64,000 nt of DNA from Eledone cirrhosa (taxonomy: Eukaryota). The notes under the pieces are model-generated. The model had not been told where the DNA came from, did not search any database, and saw only the letters and a program-made list of their open reading frames with translations. Below, piece by piece: positions 1 through 13,349 of the stretch. Numbering within the stretch: the first letter of the stretch is position 1; every line of letters starts with the position of its first letter. The stretch is from the NCBI GenBank assembly GCA_964016885.1, contig CAXHJY010001207.1, forward strand, positions 1 to 64,000, read 5' to 3'. The position numbers and the translations under genes were made by a program.

Positions 1-199
1 AATTCCTAAGAAAATGACTTCTACATGATTAGAATACTTTCATTCATATGAAATCATCTGAACATGTTGGATATTCCTGATGATTTTAAACGAATGAAAC
101 AGTTCTAGTCCTGTAGAAATACTTTTGGCACAATATAAGTATATTTACCTTCTCTATTAATGTATTGAGTACTTTATTTAGCCATAGTTCTTTGCTGTT
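1..199. mobile_element. Fold-back HHR-bearing element, family A (PLE-terminus-like), copy 1
   Basis: 38-199 is the reverse complement of 1300-1462 with scattered mismatches. Contains a degenerate minus-strand HHR (about 18-62) head-to-head with a plus-strand HHR (74-118). Ends in a (TA)n tract. Confidence 0.75.
74..118 (+). ncRNA. Type I hammerhead-like motif, U.U variant (family A)
   Basis: ttc-CTGATGA-t-ttt-aaac-gaa-t-GAAA-cag-ttctagtc-ctg-TA-gaa: both core boxes, stem III cag/ctg, GUA triplet, short stem I ttc/gaa. Confidence 0.65.
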
Positions 200-250
200 A
201 TATATATATATATACGGTATATATATACATAGTATATATATATATACATA

Positions 251-349
<99 letters not shown>

Positions 350-350
350 G

Positions 351-381
<31 letters not shown>

Positions 382-496
382 GTATAATGTATTAATATTC
401 TTATTTTGGACAGCATCTAAATATTGATGGGCATATGTTTGACATATGATGGCTTCTGCATTACATGGTGCATAATCATTCAATGGCATGTAAGTA

Positions 497-591
<95 letters not shown>

Positions 592-666
592 TCTTTCTAT
601 ATATAGATAGATAGATAGATAGATAGATGGATAGATAAATATGTATCTATGTATGTATATATATAT

Positions 667-719
<53 letters not shown>

Positions 720-1380
720 TATATGTGTGTATATATGTAGATATATACACATTCATATATATTTATATTCGCATACATGGTTATTTGGAATTAAAAGTAG
801 TAAAGACAACGATAGAAGATATTTGGAATGGCTATACTGAAGACTAATATTATATTATATTATATTGTATTATATTATGAAGATTGATAAAACAAAATAA
901 TGAATGGTCTCTCTTAATCTTTTTACAAAGCAAGGCTGAAGGCTGAAGTATTGACTCTATGAGAAAAAAAAAGCCGCCATTGCATGATTGGAAAGGAGTT
1001 AGTAAACATAGTGTATGCTGGTGAAAGATGGCGGCTACATATCGTTAAGATGGCGGTCGAGAAATATTTGAAATCTGATGTATTGGTATGTGTCCGGGTA
1101 AGGAGACGGAAGAGAAATCAGAGGAAATCTAGAGAGAGATGTCAGACGTTTGGGAAAGGTTGTAGGTGAGGATAAGTGAAATTTCTGTGAGATATGTTTA
1201 TAGATAGATGGACAGCTAGATAGAAGAATAGCGAGATAGCTAGATAGATAAATTATATAAGTGGATATATATATAATTAAGAATGGTTTTCAGAAGAGGA
1301 ACAGCAAAGAACTAAGGCTAAATAAAGTACTCAATATATTGGTAGAGAAGGTAGATATACTTATATTGTACAAAAAGCAT

Positions 1381-1425
1381 TTCTACAGGACTAGAACTGT
1401 TTCATTCGTTTAAAATCATCAGGAA
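1381..1425 (-). ncRNA. Type I hammerhead-like motif (family A)
   Basis: Reverse complement is identical to 74-118. Confidence 0.65.
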
Positions 1426-1461
1426 TATCCAACATAATCTGATGATTTCATCTGAATGAAA

Positions 1462-1750
1462 GGCGTATGACTTAGTAGTTAAAGCATTGGGTTTGCAATC
1501 GAAAGGTTGTGAGTTCAATTCTCGGGCCAGGTGATGTGTTGTTTCCTTGAACTAGACACTTTATTTGATGTTGCTCCAGTTTACTCAGCTGTAGAAATGA
1601 GATGATAGGACTGGGGTCCCTATCATTAAATTACCCAAGACACCTCCAACAAGATATACCTTGGTGGAGGCCAGCTAAACCTGCAGAGGTGTGAGCTGTC
1701 ACACACACACACACACACACACAGGTGTGAGTTGTCACACACACACACAT
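1462..1750 (+). mobile_element. tRNA-derived CORE-type SINE
   Basis: A-box-like tgacttagtagttaa, B-box gagttcaattc, CORE-like tccttgaactagacactttatt...ttgctccagtttactcagctgtagaaatgag, (CA)n tail. Head is homologous to 26507 and 21869. Confidence 0.8.
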
Positions 1751-1863
1751 TCCTGTAGAAGTCATTTCTTTACGAATTAAGATATATATATATATATATA
1801 TATATATTGTAAGTCCGCTAGGTGAACTGCTCGTCCTCGAGTAAGGTTTGCTAATTTGTTGTG

Positions 1864-1980
<117 letters not shown>

Positions 1981-2040
1981 GATCCCGTTAAGGGTGAAAG
2001 CACCGATTCCTTGCTTAAACTTTAATCTGTTATTTTAATA
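1981..2040 (+). mobile_element. Family C fragment (3' part of HHR-like motif)
   Basis: gatcccgttaagggtgaaagcaccgattccttgcttaaactttaatctgttattttaata matches 14668-14726 and 55720-55779; flanked by TA tracts. Confidence 0.7.
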
Positions 2041-2129
2041 TATATATATGATATATATATATATTTGTCCCAAGGCTCTGATACCATCAACACTATACAC
2101 ACAGAGCTGGCATATCTAAGAACTGACTA

Positions 2130-2185
2130 ACTGCCTGATGAGGTCATAGCCATTCAATGGCTATCATCGAAATATATATAGCAGT
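2130..2185 (+). ncRNA. Canonical minimal type I hammerhead ribozyme (PLE-type)
   Basis: Stem I actgc/gcagt; CTGATGA 2135-2141; stem II ggtcatagccat-tca-atggctatcatc with one C.C mismatch and G-C at its base; GAAA 2169-2172; palindromic minimal stem III atatatat; AUA triplet 2178-2180; AATAAA at 2187-2192. Confidence 0.85.
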
Positions 2186-2226
2186 AAATAAAGGATTATG
2201 AGTTCATGCAATTGACTTATGTTTCG

Positions 2227-2294
<68 letters not shown>

Positions 2295-2539
2295 TATACA
2301 TATATATATTCGTTTTATTAAGGCTAAATAGTGAGGAGTCTTGTTACACTGGAGTTTCACCTGTTTATTGAATGGTAGTTGCAGTTGTGATGGTATGGTA
2401 GTTGTGGTCGTCGTTGTTGTTGTTGTTGTTGTTGTCAATTTGATAGTCGTAGTAGTGATGTTGATAGTGATGATGGTGGTGAGGGATTTTCTGACAGTTG
2501 TGCTGCTGATAGCATTGTTGTTGTTGCTGTTGTTGCTGC

Positions 2540-3012
2540 TAGTAGTTGTAGTGATAGTGGTGTAGTGGTAGTAGTAGTGGTAGTGATAGTGGTGTAGTGG
2601 TAGTAGTAGTTGTAGTGATAGTGGTGTAGTGGTAGTAGTAGTTGTAGTGATAGTGGTGTAGTGGTAGTAGTAGTTGTAGTGGTGTAGTGGTGTAGTGGTA
2701 GTTGTAGTGATAGTGGTGTAGTGGTAGTAGTAGTTGTAGTGATAGTGGTGTAGTGGTAGTAGTAGTTGTAGTGATAGTGGTGTAGTGGTAGTAGTAGTTG
2801 TAGTGATAGTGGTGTAGTGGTAGTAGTAGTTGTAGTGATAGTGGTGTAGTGGTAGTAGTAGTTGTAGTGGTGTAGTGGTTGTAGTGGTAGTTGTAGTGGT
2901 AGTGGTGTAGTGGTAGTAGTAGTTGTAGTGATAGTGGTGTAGTGGTAGTAGTAGTTGTAGTAGTCGTAGTGATAGTGGTGTAGTGGTAGTTGTAGTGGTA
3001 GTGGTGTAGTGG
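2540..3012. repeat. 32-bp minisatellite built from GTA/GTG triplets
   Basis: Unit agtagttgtagtgatagtggtgtagtggtagt; ttgtagtgatag recurs at 2610 and 2642 and onward. Lies in a wider GTT/GGT tract (2395-3370). Confidence 0.9.
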
Positions 3013-3792
3013 CAGTAGTTGTTTTGGCTGCTGTTATTGTTATTGTCTTTGTTGTTGTTGGTGGTGGTGGGGCGTATGACACTGGTGGTGATGACAGTAA
3101 TGATAATGGTGATATTGTTGTTGTTGTTGTTATTGGGGTAGTGGCGGTGGGGGTATGATAACGGTGGTATTGGTGGTGGTGTTGGTGGTGGTGTGGGGTC
3201 ATTAGTGGTGGCTGTATTGGTGGCGGTATTGGTGGTGGTGGTGGACGTCTTGGTGGAGGTACTGGTGGTGGCATTAGTGGAGGTGGTGGTGGAGGTACTA
3301 GTGGTGGTGGTATTAGTGGAGTTGGTATCAGTGGTGGTGGTGGAGGTACTGGTGGTGGTGGTGGTGGTGGCCGTATTAGTTGTTCTACAACGTTACGTTA
3401 GTAAACTGAAGATCTGCTAGAAATGTACTGCAAGTGTGCGTGACCTGTCATGGCGGGTGAAAGAGACAGAGCTGCTGTGTGGAGAACGATCAAACAGTCA
3501 GCTTTACACGCAAGAGGTCAATTCGCAAGGGAGACAATCGTCAAAGTTTTGTCAAACACAATTTGCTGGTGAATTGAGCGAGGAGCAGGATTCCATTCCA
3601 AACAAGAAAACAGTTTCTTTCAGAAAGGCGACAATTGAATCCCTTCAATTCCAGGAGAGAAGCCATCACAGTTTTTCTTTTCCTTGCTTCCACATCCTAT
3701 CTGTTTGTAGCCAGCTATCAATATCTCAATATATGTCTATCATTCTTTCTCCTTTCCACACCCTGACTAGAAATGTGTGTGTGTATATAGGC

Positions 3793-3837
<45 letters not shown>

Positions 3838-3929
3838 TAGATAGATAGAGAGAGAGACACACACACAAACACGTATATACACATGTTTATTTATATATAT
3901 AATATATATAAATGTATGTGTGTGTACGG

Positions 3930-3971
<42 letters not shown>

Positions 3972-4532
3972 CGTATAGGTATATATATATGTGTGTATAT
4001 ATATATATGTGTATATATATATATATACATACATATATACATACATATATACATACATACAATCATACCTACATATATATATATATACATATATACATAT
4101 TTTGTATATATATGTGTATATGTATATATATATACATATATACATATATACTATATATGTGTGTATAGGTATATATATATATACATATATACATATATAC
4201 TATATATGTGTATATGTATATGTATATACATATATATACATATATACATATATACTATATATGTGTGTATAGGTATATATATACATACATATATATATAT
4301 ATATACGTATATATATGTATATATATACGCATGTATATATAATATATATGCCTGTATATATAATATATATATGTATGTATAATATATAAATATATATATA
4401 TATGCATGTATATATAAATGACAAGCTGTCATTTACTCCGTCTGTTTGTCGATGTCTAAATTATTCTTTCATTCTCTTTCTTTTCATGTCATATTCCATA
4501 TACACATACTTCCATATAGATACATGTTTATG

Positions 4533-4608
<76 letters not shown>

Positions 4609-4958
4609 TTATATATATGTATATCTGCGTGTGTATGTGTTTGAATGTGTGAGTATGTATGTGTATAAGTATGCGTGTGTACAAACTTGGTATTTATTAC
4701 CACCGTATCGCTCCTATCTTGAAACTTCCCGTTTACTACTCTTTCTCTCTCTGTCTCTCTCTCTCACTCTCCCCCTCTTTCTCTTCTGTGATTCTAACTT
4801 CCTGTTCTCACCTCTCCGGCTATTTGACGCATGCTCAACTACTTGTCAACAATTTCCGGTCCTTATCTCTTTCTCTTGTCTTTGACAAAGTTCCCCATAT
4901 TTCTTTGTTTCCTCTAAACATATTTTTTGACGGAAGTTCACACATCCCTCCTTCCTTT

Positions 4959-5101
4959 CTTACCATTTGAACGGAAGTCCACATTTCTCTACTTCCTGTC
5001 TTACCATTTGAACGGAAGTCCACATTTCTCTACTTCCTGTCTTACCATTTGAACGGAAGTCCACATTTCTCTACTTCCTGTCTTACCATTTGAACGGAAG
5101 T
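4959..5101. repeat. 41-bp tandem repeat, 3.5 identical copies
   Basis: cttaccatttgaacggaagtccacatttctctacttcctgt starts at 4959, 5000, 5041 and 5082; a degenerate copy precedes it. Confidence 0.95.
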
Positions 5102-5320
5102 GTACAATCCACTCCTCGCGTTATCCTTTTCTTAATTTGTATATTGTGAGTGTGGATATGTAGGTTTCTTAATCTGTAGATCTGCTAGTGTGTTTCTTGT
5201 ACATTATCTGTATGTGTGTAGGTGTGTGCTTATATACGGCCATATATATGCAGGCGTGTGTTTATGTGTATGTAAGTGTGTGATGATGTATATATATTCA
5301 TAGATGTGACTGTGTGCGTG

Positions 5321-5373
<53 letters not shown>

Positions 5374-5612
5374 GTATATGCTTGTTTGTGTGTGTATATT
5401 TGCGTGTTAGTGCATGTATGTCCATCTATCTATATGGGTATATTTGTGTACCTCTGTGTATATGTGTATGTATGTATGTATGTATGATCGTGATTGTGTG
5501 GGTACGTATACGCGTGTAATTATTGTGTCTGTCTATGTATATGTATATGCATGTGTGTATATTCATGATTGTGTATGTATATATACGTTCATTACTCTGT
5601 ATATGTGTACGT

Positions 5613-5762
5613 ATATATACGTCCTTATATACTTATGACCATATGTGTATGTATACGCATATGCATATATACGTCCCGATATACTCATAACCATATGTGT
5701 ATGTGTATGCATGTGCATATATACGTCCCTATATACTTATGACCATATGTGTATGTGTGTAT
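5613..5762. repeat. 52-bp tandem repeat, about 3 copies
   Basis: gtcc anchor at 5621, 5673 and 5725 with shared accatatgtgtatgt. Confidence 0.9.
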
Positions 5763-6044
5763 GTATTTCTAATATTGAGGAAGGTGGCGTCGAGGGCAGT
5801 GGTTAGTCGCTGTTGATGGACACCGTGGTATAAGGCTATCTGTGTCGCTCTCCAATGTGTGAAAGCAACTTAACACAATCACCAATCGAAATTAGCCTGT
5901 CATGTTCCCTATTAGATAAATTTCTCTCTTCACCTCCTTCCATTTTCTCTCTTTAGAATTAAGCAAGTTAGACATTTCCATTACAAGGAACTGAGCAAGA
6001 ACTTCTAATCTCTCATTCTCTTGTTCTCTTATTCTCTCATTCTT

Positions 6045-6672
6045 CGGTTCTTTGTCTTGTAAATTGTGTAACTGTAACTAAACGTGGTGCCATCGTAATG
6101 GTGTGGCCGTGTAGATGGATAACATAACGTGTTGGTATTTTATCCATTTCTGTTGTCTGATCTGTAAATAGTTTAACTGAACAAGATGGTGTCGTAGTGT
6201 GGCCGTGTGTATAACGTTTCTCAGTCTTATTGTTCAATTTTCTGTTTTGTAAACTGTGAAGTGATGGGAGGTTGGAGGTAATGTAGTGACCGTGTGGATA
6301 ACGTTTTGGTCTCATGTTCTGTAGTATGTCGTAGATAGTTTAACTTAGCAATGAACCGACATAGTGTAGTTGCTGTGGGGATACCATAGAGTTCTCTTAT
6401 TATCTGTCTCGTAAATAGTTTAAATAAGCTAAGATGTGTCGTAGTTTAACCGTGTGAATAATATGTAGGTCTCTTACAATTTATTGGCTTGTCTTCTATA
6501 AATCTACGTGGGATAAAGTCGTAGTGTGGTGCTCGTGTGGATAACGTGGTGGTCTGATATAGTTCTGTTGTCTTTCGTGTAAATAGTTTAACTAAGGGAT
6601 AAGTCGTTGTATTGTTGTCGTGTGGATAGCATTTATGGCTTTTATTGTGTTCAGATATTTGTCTCGTATAAC
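6045..6672. repeat. Degenerate satellite, unit about 80-100 bp, 7-8 units
   Basis: Recurring gtaaatagtttaact and gtcgtagtgtggccgtgtggataacg variants. Confidence 0.8.
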
Positions 6673-6862
6673 GAAATTCTTTCCATAAAGCCTTAACTCT
6701 TTATAAAGTTGTAAGAACGCCCTCGAAACAAATGCCATGTCCTAAACGCATTAAATCTGGTGGAGGCTATCCCACTCACAGAAACTAAGCCGATTTCTTC
6801 CAGATGAAAATGAGAGAAAGAGATAAATAGAAAGAGAAAAGAACTGATGACAGTATCGGATT

Positions 6863-6942
6863 AATACTTTATTTATCGACCCCTCCGAGGGGGGGTGAAG
6901 GTAAAGTCGACTTTAACAAGATTCGAACTTAGAACTCAAAGA
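6863..6942 (-). mobile_element. Nin/Deu-type SINE fragment
   Basis: tttatcgaccc...gtaaagtcgac...gattcgaacttagaac is homologous to 56730-56800. Confidence 0.7.
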
Positions 6943-7854
6943 TCCCAGGATAGTGGTGGGGGTGTTAGTGCTGTTGTTATTGTTGTTGGAGGTAGTGTTG
7001 AAGGTGATATAAGAGTCACGGATGGAACGTCTTGCTACCGTATTGAATGTCATTGCCTCGTTTGATGATGATGATGATGGTGATGATGGTGGTGATAATA
7101 AGGTAGAGGAGGGTGGTGGTAGTGTTAGTGATGATGTTGATGATGATGTTGATGAGGGTGATGATGGTGATGATGATGATGATGATGATGATGATGGTGA
7201 CGTTGGTGATGGTGACGTTGATGGTGATGATGATGATGATGATGACGTTGGTGATGGTGACGTTGATGGTGATGATAACAATGATGACGATAAAGATGAA
7301 TGCTAAGATGAAGTTGATGAGGCAGAAGACGATAATGATGATGATGATGACAGTCTTACCGGGGGTGGGTGGGGGGTGATAATGTTGTTGTTGTTGTTGT
7401 TGTTGTTGGTAGGGAGCGGGTGGTCTGTACTGATGAGCATAATCAGTTCCAGTGCATCAAGTAGAAGGGGAAGAGAGACACATATATATATACATAGAGA
7501 GAGAGAGAGGGGGATAGAGAGAGAGAGAGAGAGACAGAGACACATATATAAATAGAGAGAGAGGGGTAGAGAAAGGGAGAGAGAGAGGGGGGTAGTGAAA
7601 GGGAGAGAGAGAGAGGGGGTAGAGAAAGGGAGAGAGAGAGAGAGAGAGGGGTAGAGAAAGAGAGAGAGACATTTATATATATATATATACATATGTGTGT
7701 GTGTGTGTGTGTGTGCAGAGAGGAAACACAGAAAGTGAACTAGAGAGAAAGAGAGGGAGGGATGGAGGAGAAAAAATAAACAGGCAAACATTAACAACAA
7801 CATCAAAATATGAATATTTCTAGGCATCTATTTTAAACTGACAACCTCTAAAAA

Positions 7855-8760
<906 letters not shown>

Positions 8761-9052
8761 GCTGTCATCCTGTCGAGATACTTAGTGAAAGTCAAAATAA
8801 GAGAGAAAGTGACAAATAATGAGAAGAGCGGGAAAGAGAGGGGGTGGAGGCAAGTGGAGGAGAGTGAAGATGAAGATGTGAGAGTGTGGGGTGTGTGTGG
8901 TGGTGTTGGTGAGGTGGAGGTGGTGGTGGTGTTTTTCTGTATCTATTTCTTGGCATCTGGTTAAATAGCTATCATCATTCAACAACGGGGAAGTGTGACG
9001 TAAGTCTGTGGTGATATCTCTATATATATATATATATATCTATATATCTATA

Positions 9053-9105
<53 letters not shown>

Positions 9106-9141
9106 ATAGATATAGATATAGATATATATATATATAGATAT

Positions 9142-9180
<39 letters not shown>

Positions 9181-9183
9181 TAT

Positions 9184-9219
<36 letters not shown>

Positions 9220-9230
9220 ATATATCTATA

Positions 9231-9267
<37 letters not shown>

Positions 9268-9270
9268 ATA

Positions 9271-9319
<49 letters not shown>

Positions 9320-9328
9320 TATATATCT

Positions 9329-9382
<54 letters not shown>

Positions 9383-9503
9383 ATATATATATATATTTAT
9401 ATCTATATATATATATATAACTTCCTGCTACACTCCCTGGGTATAACTATATATATATATAGTTCAAGGTATTTTTATCGACCATATCGACTCCAAATAA
9501 CAG

Positions 9504-9614
9504 TGGGTGTGTTTGTACCAGTTATATCTGGGTGTGTTTGTACCAGTTATATATGGGTGTGATTGTACCAGTTATATCTGGGTCTGTTTGTACCAGTTAT
9601 ATCTGGGTGTGTTT
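9504..9614. repeat. 25-bp tandem repeat, about 4.4 copies
   Basis: gggtgtgtttgtaccagttatatct at 9505, 9530, 9555, 9580 and 9605. Confidence 0.95.
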
Positions 9615-10056
9615 GGGTGTGTTCCTGAATGGAACTTCGCAATTGTTTAACAGGCGAGAAACTGTCTACTATAGGATGATGATGATGGTAGTGGTGGTGG
9701 TGGTGATGGGGGGGGGGGTGATGTTGATAATGATGATGGTGATGGAGGTGGGTGAGGTGATGTTGGTGATGATGCTGATGCTGATGAGGTGGAGGATTTT
9801 GATGTTGATATTGATGATTATTGGTGATGAGGATGAATGGTGATGCTGGTGGTGGGACGAGATGATGACGGTGATGATGATGATAATGTTGTAGTGTTGA
9901 TGATGATGATTGTGGCAGAAAGAAGGAAGTGAAGAAAGAACGAAAGATAGAAAGAAAGAAGATACAATCAGGTCGAGTATTAAGTGCTCTTTCATTTTGT
10001 AAAAGAAAGAAACAATAAATGTTCTCCCGGCAAACACCACAAATCTTTGTAATGTT

Positions 10057-10076
10057 ATGACGTCATTACACGTGAC
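10057..10076. promoter_or_regulatory. Putative CRE plus E-box composite site
   Basis: aTGACGTCAt (10057-10066) followed by CACGTGac (10069-10076). Motif match only. Confidence 0.25.
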
Positions 10077-10275
10077 ACATCCAAATAATAGCAGAAATAT
10101 ACAGGTTGGTGAATATTCATAATTATATATATTTATATATATAAATATTCATATATATGTATATGTATATGTATATATCCATACATATATGTATTTGAGC
10201 ATATATATATATATATATAGGCATATATAAAAATATATGTATATACATATATATGAATATGCATACACACACACT

Positions 10276-10315
<40 letters not shown>

Positions 10316-10382
10316 AAATATCACCTGCCAACATTTTCGTTGCTTTCTTTCTATTTAACACACACATACACAGAGATATATT

Positions 10383-10479
<97 letters not shown>

Positions 10480-10872
10480 ACGTGTGTGTGTCTGCATGCG
10501 TGTATATATATATATATATATATATGAAAAAATGTATGATTGTTATATCCATTTAAGAGGGGATGTGCCTTTGCTGTTGTTAGCTATGTTGTTGATGGTG
10601 TTGTTGTTGCTGTAGCTGCTGTTGTTATTGTTGTTGTTGTTATTGTTGTTGTTGTTGTTGTTGCTGTTGTTGTTGCTGTTGTTGTTGTCGTCTTTAATAA
10701 ATCTTGACTCATCCATTTAATTTTCAGTAAAATATTTCTAACTTCTTAATTCCCAAGAACGACCTCCATTTACTAATTCAAGTCCTGAAGAATAATTACC
10801 ACTTAGCTGCTGCTGCTGCTGCTGCTACTACTCTACTACTACTACTACTACTGCCAGTACTACCACCACCAC

Positions 10873-10915
<43 letters not shown>

Positions 10916-11015
10916 GCCAGTACTACCACCACTACTACTACTGCTGGTGCTACTAACACGACTACTACTACTGCTGCTATTGCCACTGCTACTACTGTTA
11001 GTGATGCTGCTTCTG

Positions 11016-11063
<48 letters not shown>

Positions 11064-11085
11064 ATGTGCTTCTGAGTTTCAGACA

Positions 11086-11397
11086 ACTTTAGAGTTCAGA
11101 CTTTAGAGTTGATCCGTGGATCAGACTAGCCCGAGCTCAAGACAGAATTTAGACTTTAGATGTAATCCGTGGATCAGACCACACAGACCTCAAGACAGAG
11201 TTTAGACTTTAGAGCTGATCCGTGGATCAGACTAGCCCGAGCTCAAGACAGAATTTAGACTTTAGATGTAATCCGTGGATCAGACCACACAGACCTCAAG
11301 ACAGAGTTTAGACTTTAGAGTTGATCCGTGGATCAGACTACCCCGAGCTCAAAACAGAGTTTAGACGTTAGAGTTGATCCGTGGATCAGACCACACC
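11086..11397. repeat. 53-bp tandem repeat with A/B alternation (106-bp higher-order unit)
   Basis: Units at 11101, 11154, 11207, 11260, 11313 and 11366; palindromic core tgatcc-gt-ggatca; actagcccgagctc alternates with accacacagacctc. Confidence 0.95.
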
Positions 11398-11854
11398 GTT
11401 CAGACGTCTACTTATGTGTCATAACATTGGTTTATGGAAGATAACTTGGGGTTAAATATAAACAACAGCCATACAAACCATCAACGCTAATACCTCCACT
11501 AACACCACCACCACCACCATCATAATAGTAATCAGCAGCACCACCACGACCACCACCACCACCACTACTACTACCTCCACTACAACCACAACTACCACGT
11601 CCACCAACACCATCATCATCATCATCATCATATAGCGTTTGACGCCACAACCAACTGACATTTGGGATTTTAAAGGTTAACATTGAAATATGGTTGTTTC
11701 ATGCATAGAATATTATACACACAGTTGCATATACACACCGGCAGTGTGTATATACACCTGAGTTGTTGCATACACTGCAATATACAAACACAAGTAGACT
11801 AACGAACACACACACAGACACAGACACACACACACACATATATATACATATATA

Positions 11855-11904
<50 letters not shown>

Positions 11905-12202
11905 CGTGTGTGTGTATGTGTGTGCATGTGTGTGTCTATTTTTATAGTATGCAAATGTGTGTGTATAGGTATATGTATATATATCCGTAAATTACAATAT
12001 TAGACAAAATATACACACGTTGTCACATACATAGGAATGTATGCAGATTCATGCCTATATATAAACTACATGCATCTCTCCCTCTGTTTGTATATATACA
12101 TATACATATATGTATATATGTATATATATATACATATACATATATGTATATATGTATATATATATAAATATATACATATATACATATATATATACATATA
12201 TG

Positions 12203-12245
<43 letters not shown>

Positions 12246-12534
12246 TACATATTTATAATCATATAATCATATATATATATATATATATATACACAGACAT
12301 ATATATATATATATATACATAAAGAGAGGGGGAGAGTAGAAAGGGGAGCCAGCGTATTGTCAGACTAACGACTATAAAGTAATATAATGTGTATTTATAT
12401 ATATATTTATGTAAATATATGCAGTTATATTCACATTAAATGCATGTAGCTCCCTATAAATGCATGAAAATGTTGATGTATGTATTTATTCATATACATA
12501 TATACATATATATATTCATATAAATACATATATC

Positions 12535-12567
<33 letters not shown>

Positions 12568-12815
12568 CACCTGCATAATATATGCATATATGTAAAAATA
12601 TACACATAGAAATTTATATATATGCATATATATATACATATATATATACATATATACACATATATATATACATATATACACATATATATATACATATATA
12701 CACATATATATATACATATATATATATACATATATACACATATATATATACATATATATATACATATACATATATACACGTATATATATATACATATATA
12801 TATATATACATATAT

Positions 12816-12850
<35 letters not shown>

Positions 12851-12991
12851 TACACATATACATATATATACATATATTCACATATATATATATATATACA
12901 TATATACACATATACATATATATACATATATTCACATATATATATATATATACATATATTCACATATATATATATATATACATATATTCAC

Positions 12992-13024
<33 letters not shown>

Positions 13025-13349
13025 CATATATACACATATACATATATACACACATATATATATATATATACACACATATATATATATACATATATACACA
13101 TATACATATATACACATATATATATATATATACACACCCGTGTATATTTATCTATATATACACATATATATATATACATATTGTATTGATGGCTTCCTAA
13201 GATGGTATGTTCAATGGTATATCACAACATAGGTACCTTGCGGTGTTAACTTCCAAAGATGGTAAAGTTCCACTGCTGCTGATACAAATGATATTAACAG
13301 ACGGAGAAAACTTTAGTTTCAATGACAACCATATGTTGGTGAAAGATGG

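Larger units (their letters stand above)
1300..1779. mobile_element. Family A element, copy 2, interrupted by a SINE
   Basis: Inverted homolog of 1-199. The second HHR (CTGATGA 1439-1445, GAAA 1458-1461) is cut by the SINE and resumes at 1751 (tcctgTAgaagtcattt, matching the reverse complement of 1-25). Confidence 0.75.

Noticed and set aside
2074-2086. Minus-strand TGGTATCAGAGCC, an LTR primer-binding-site-like sequence
   Set aside because: No adjacent LTR end (CA) or gag sequence, and it matches the plant-type rather than the animal initiator tRNA end.
3406-3430. CTGAAGA...GAAA (also 25391, 40262 minus, 42551)
   Set aside because: Core-like words without compatible stems I-III.
3436-3760. 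ORF MRDLSWRVKETELL in non-repetitive DNA
   Set aside because: No recognisable domain, non-ATG start and no clear splice signals; possibly a decayed transposon.
7022-7306. Asp/Gly-rich ORF resembling an acidic matrix protein
   Set aside because: Derived from a (GAT/GGT)n tract like the others in the window; no signal peptide or splice support.
11086-11397. CRISPR-like array with a palindromic repeat
   Set aside because: The intervening sequences alternate between two related types instead of being unique; no cas genes; eukaryotic context.
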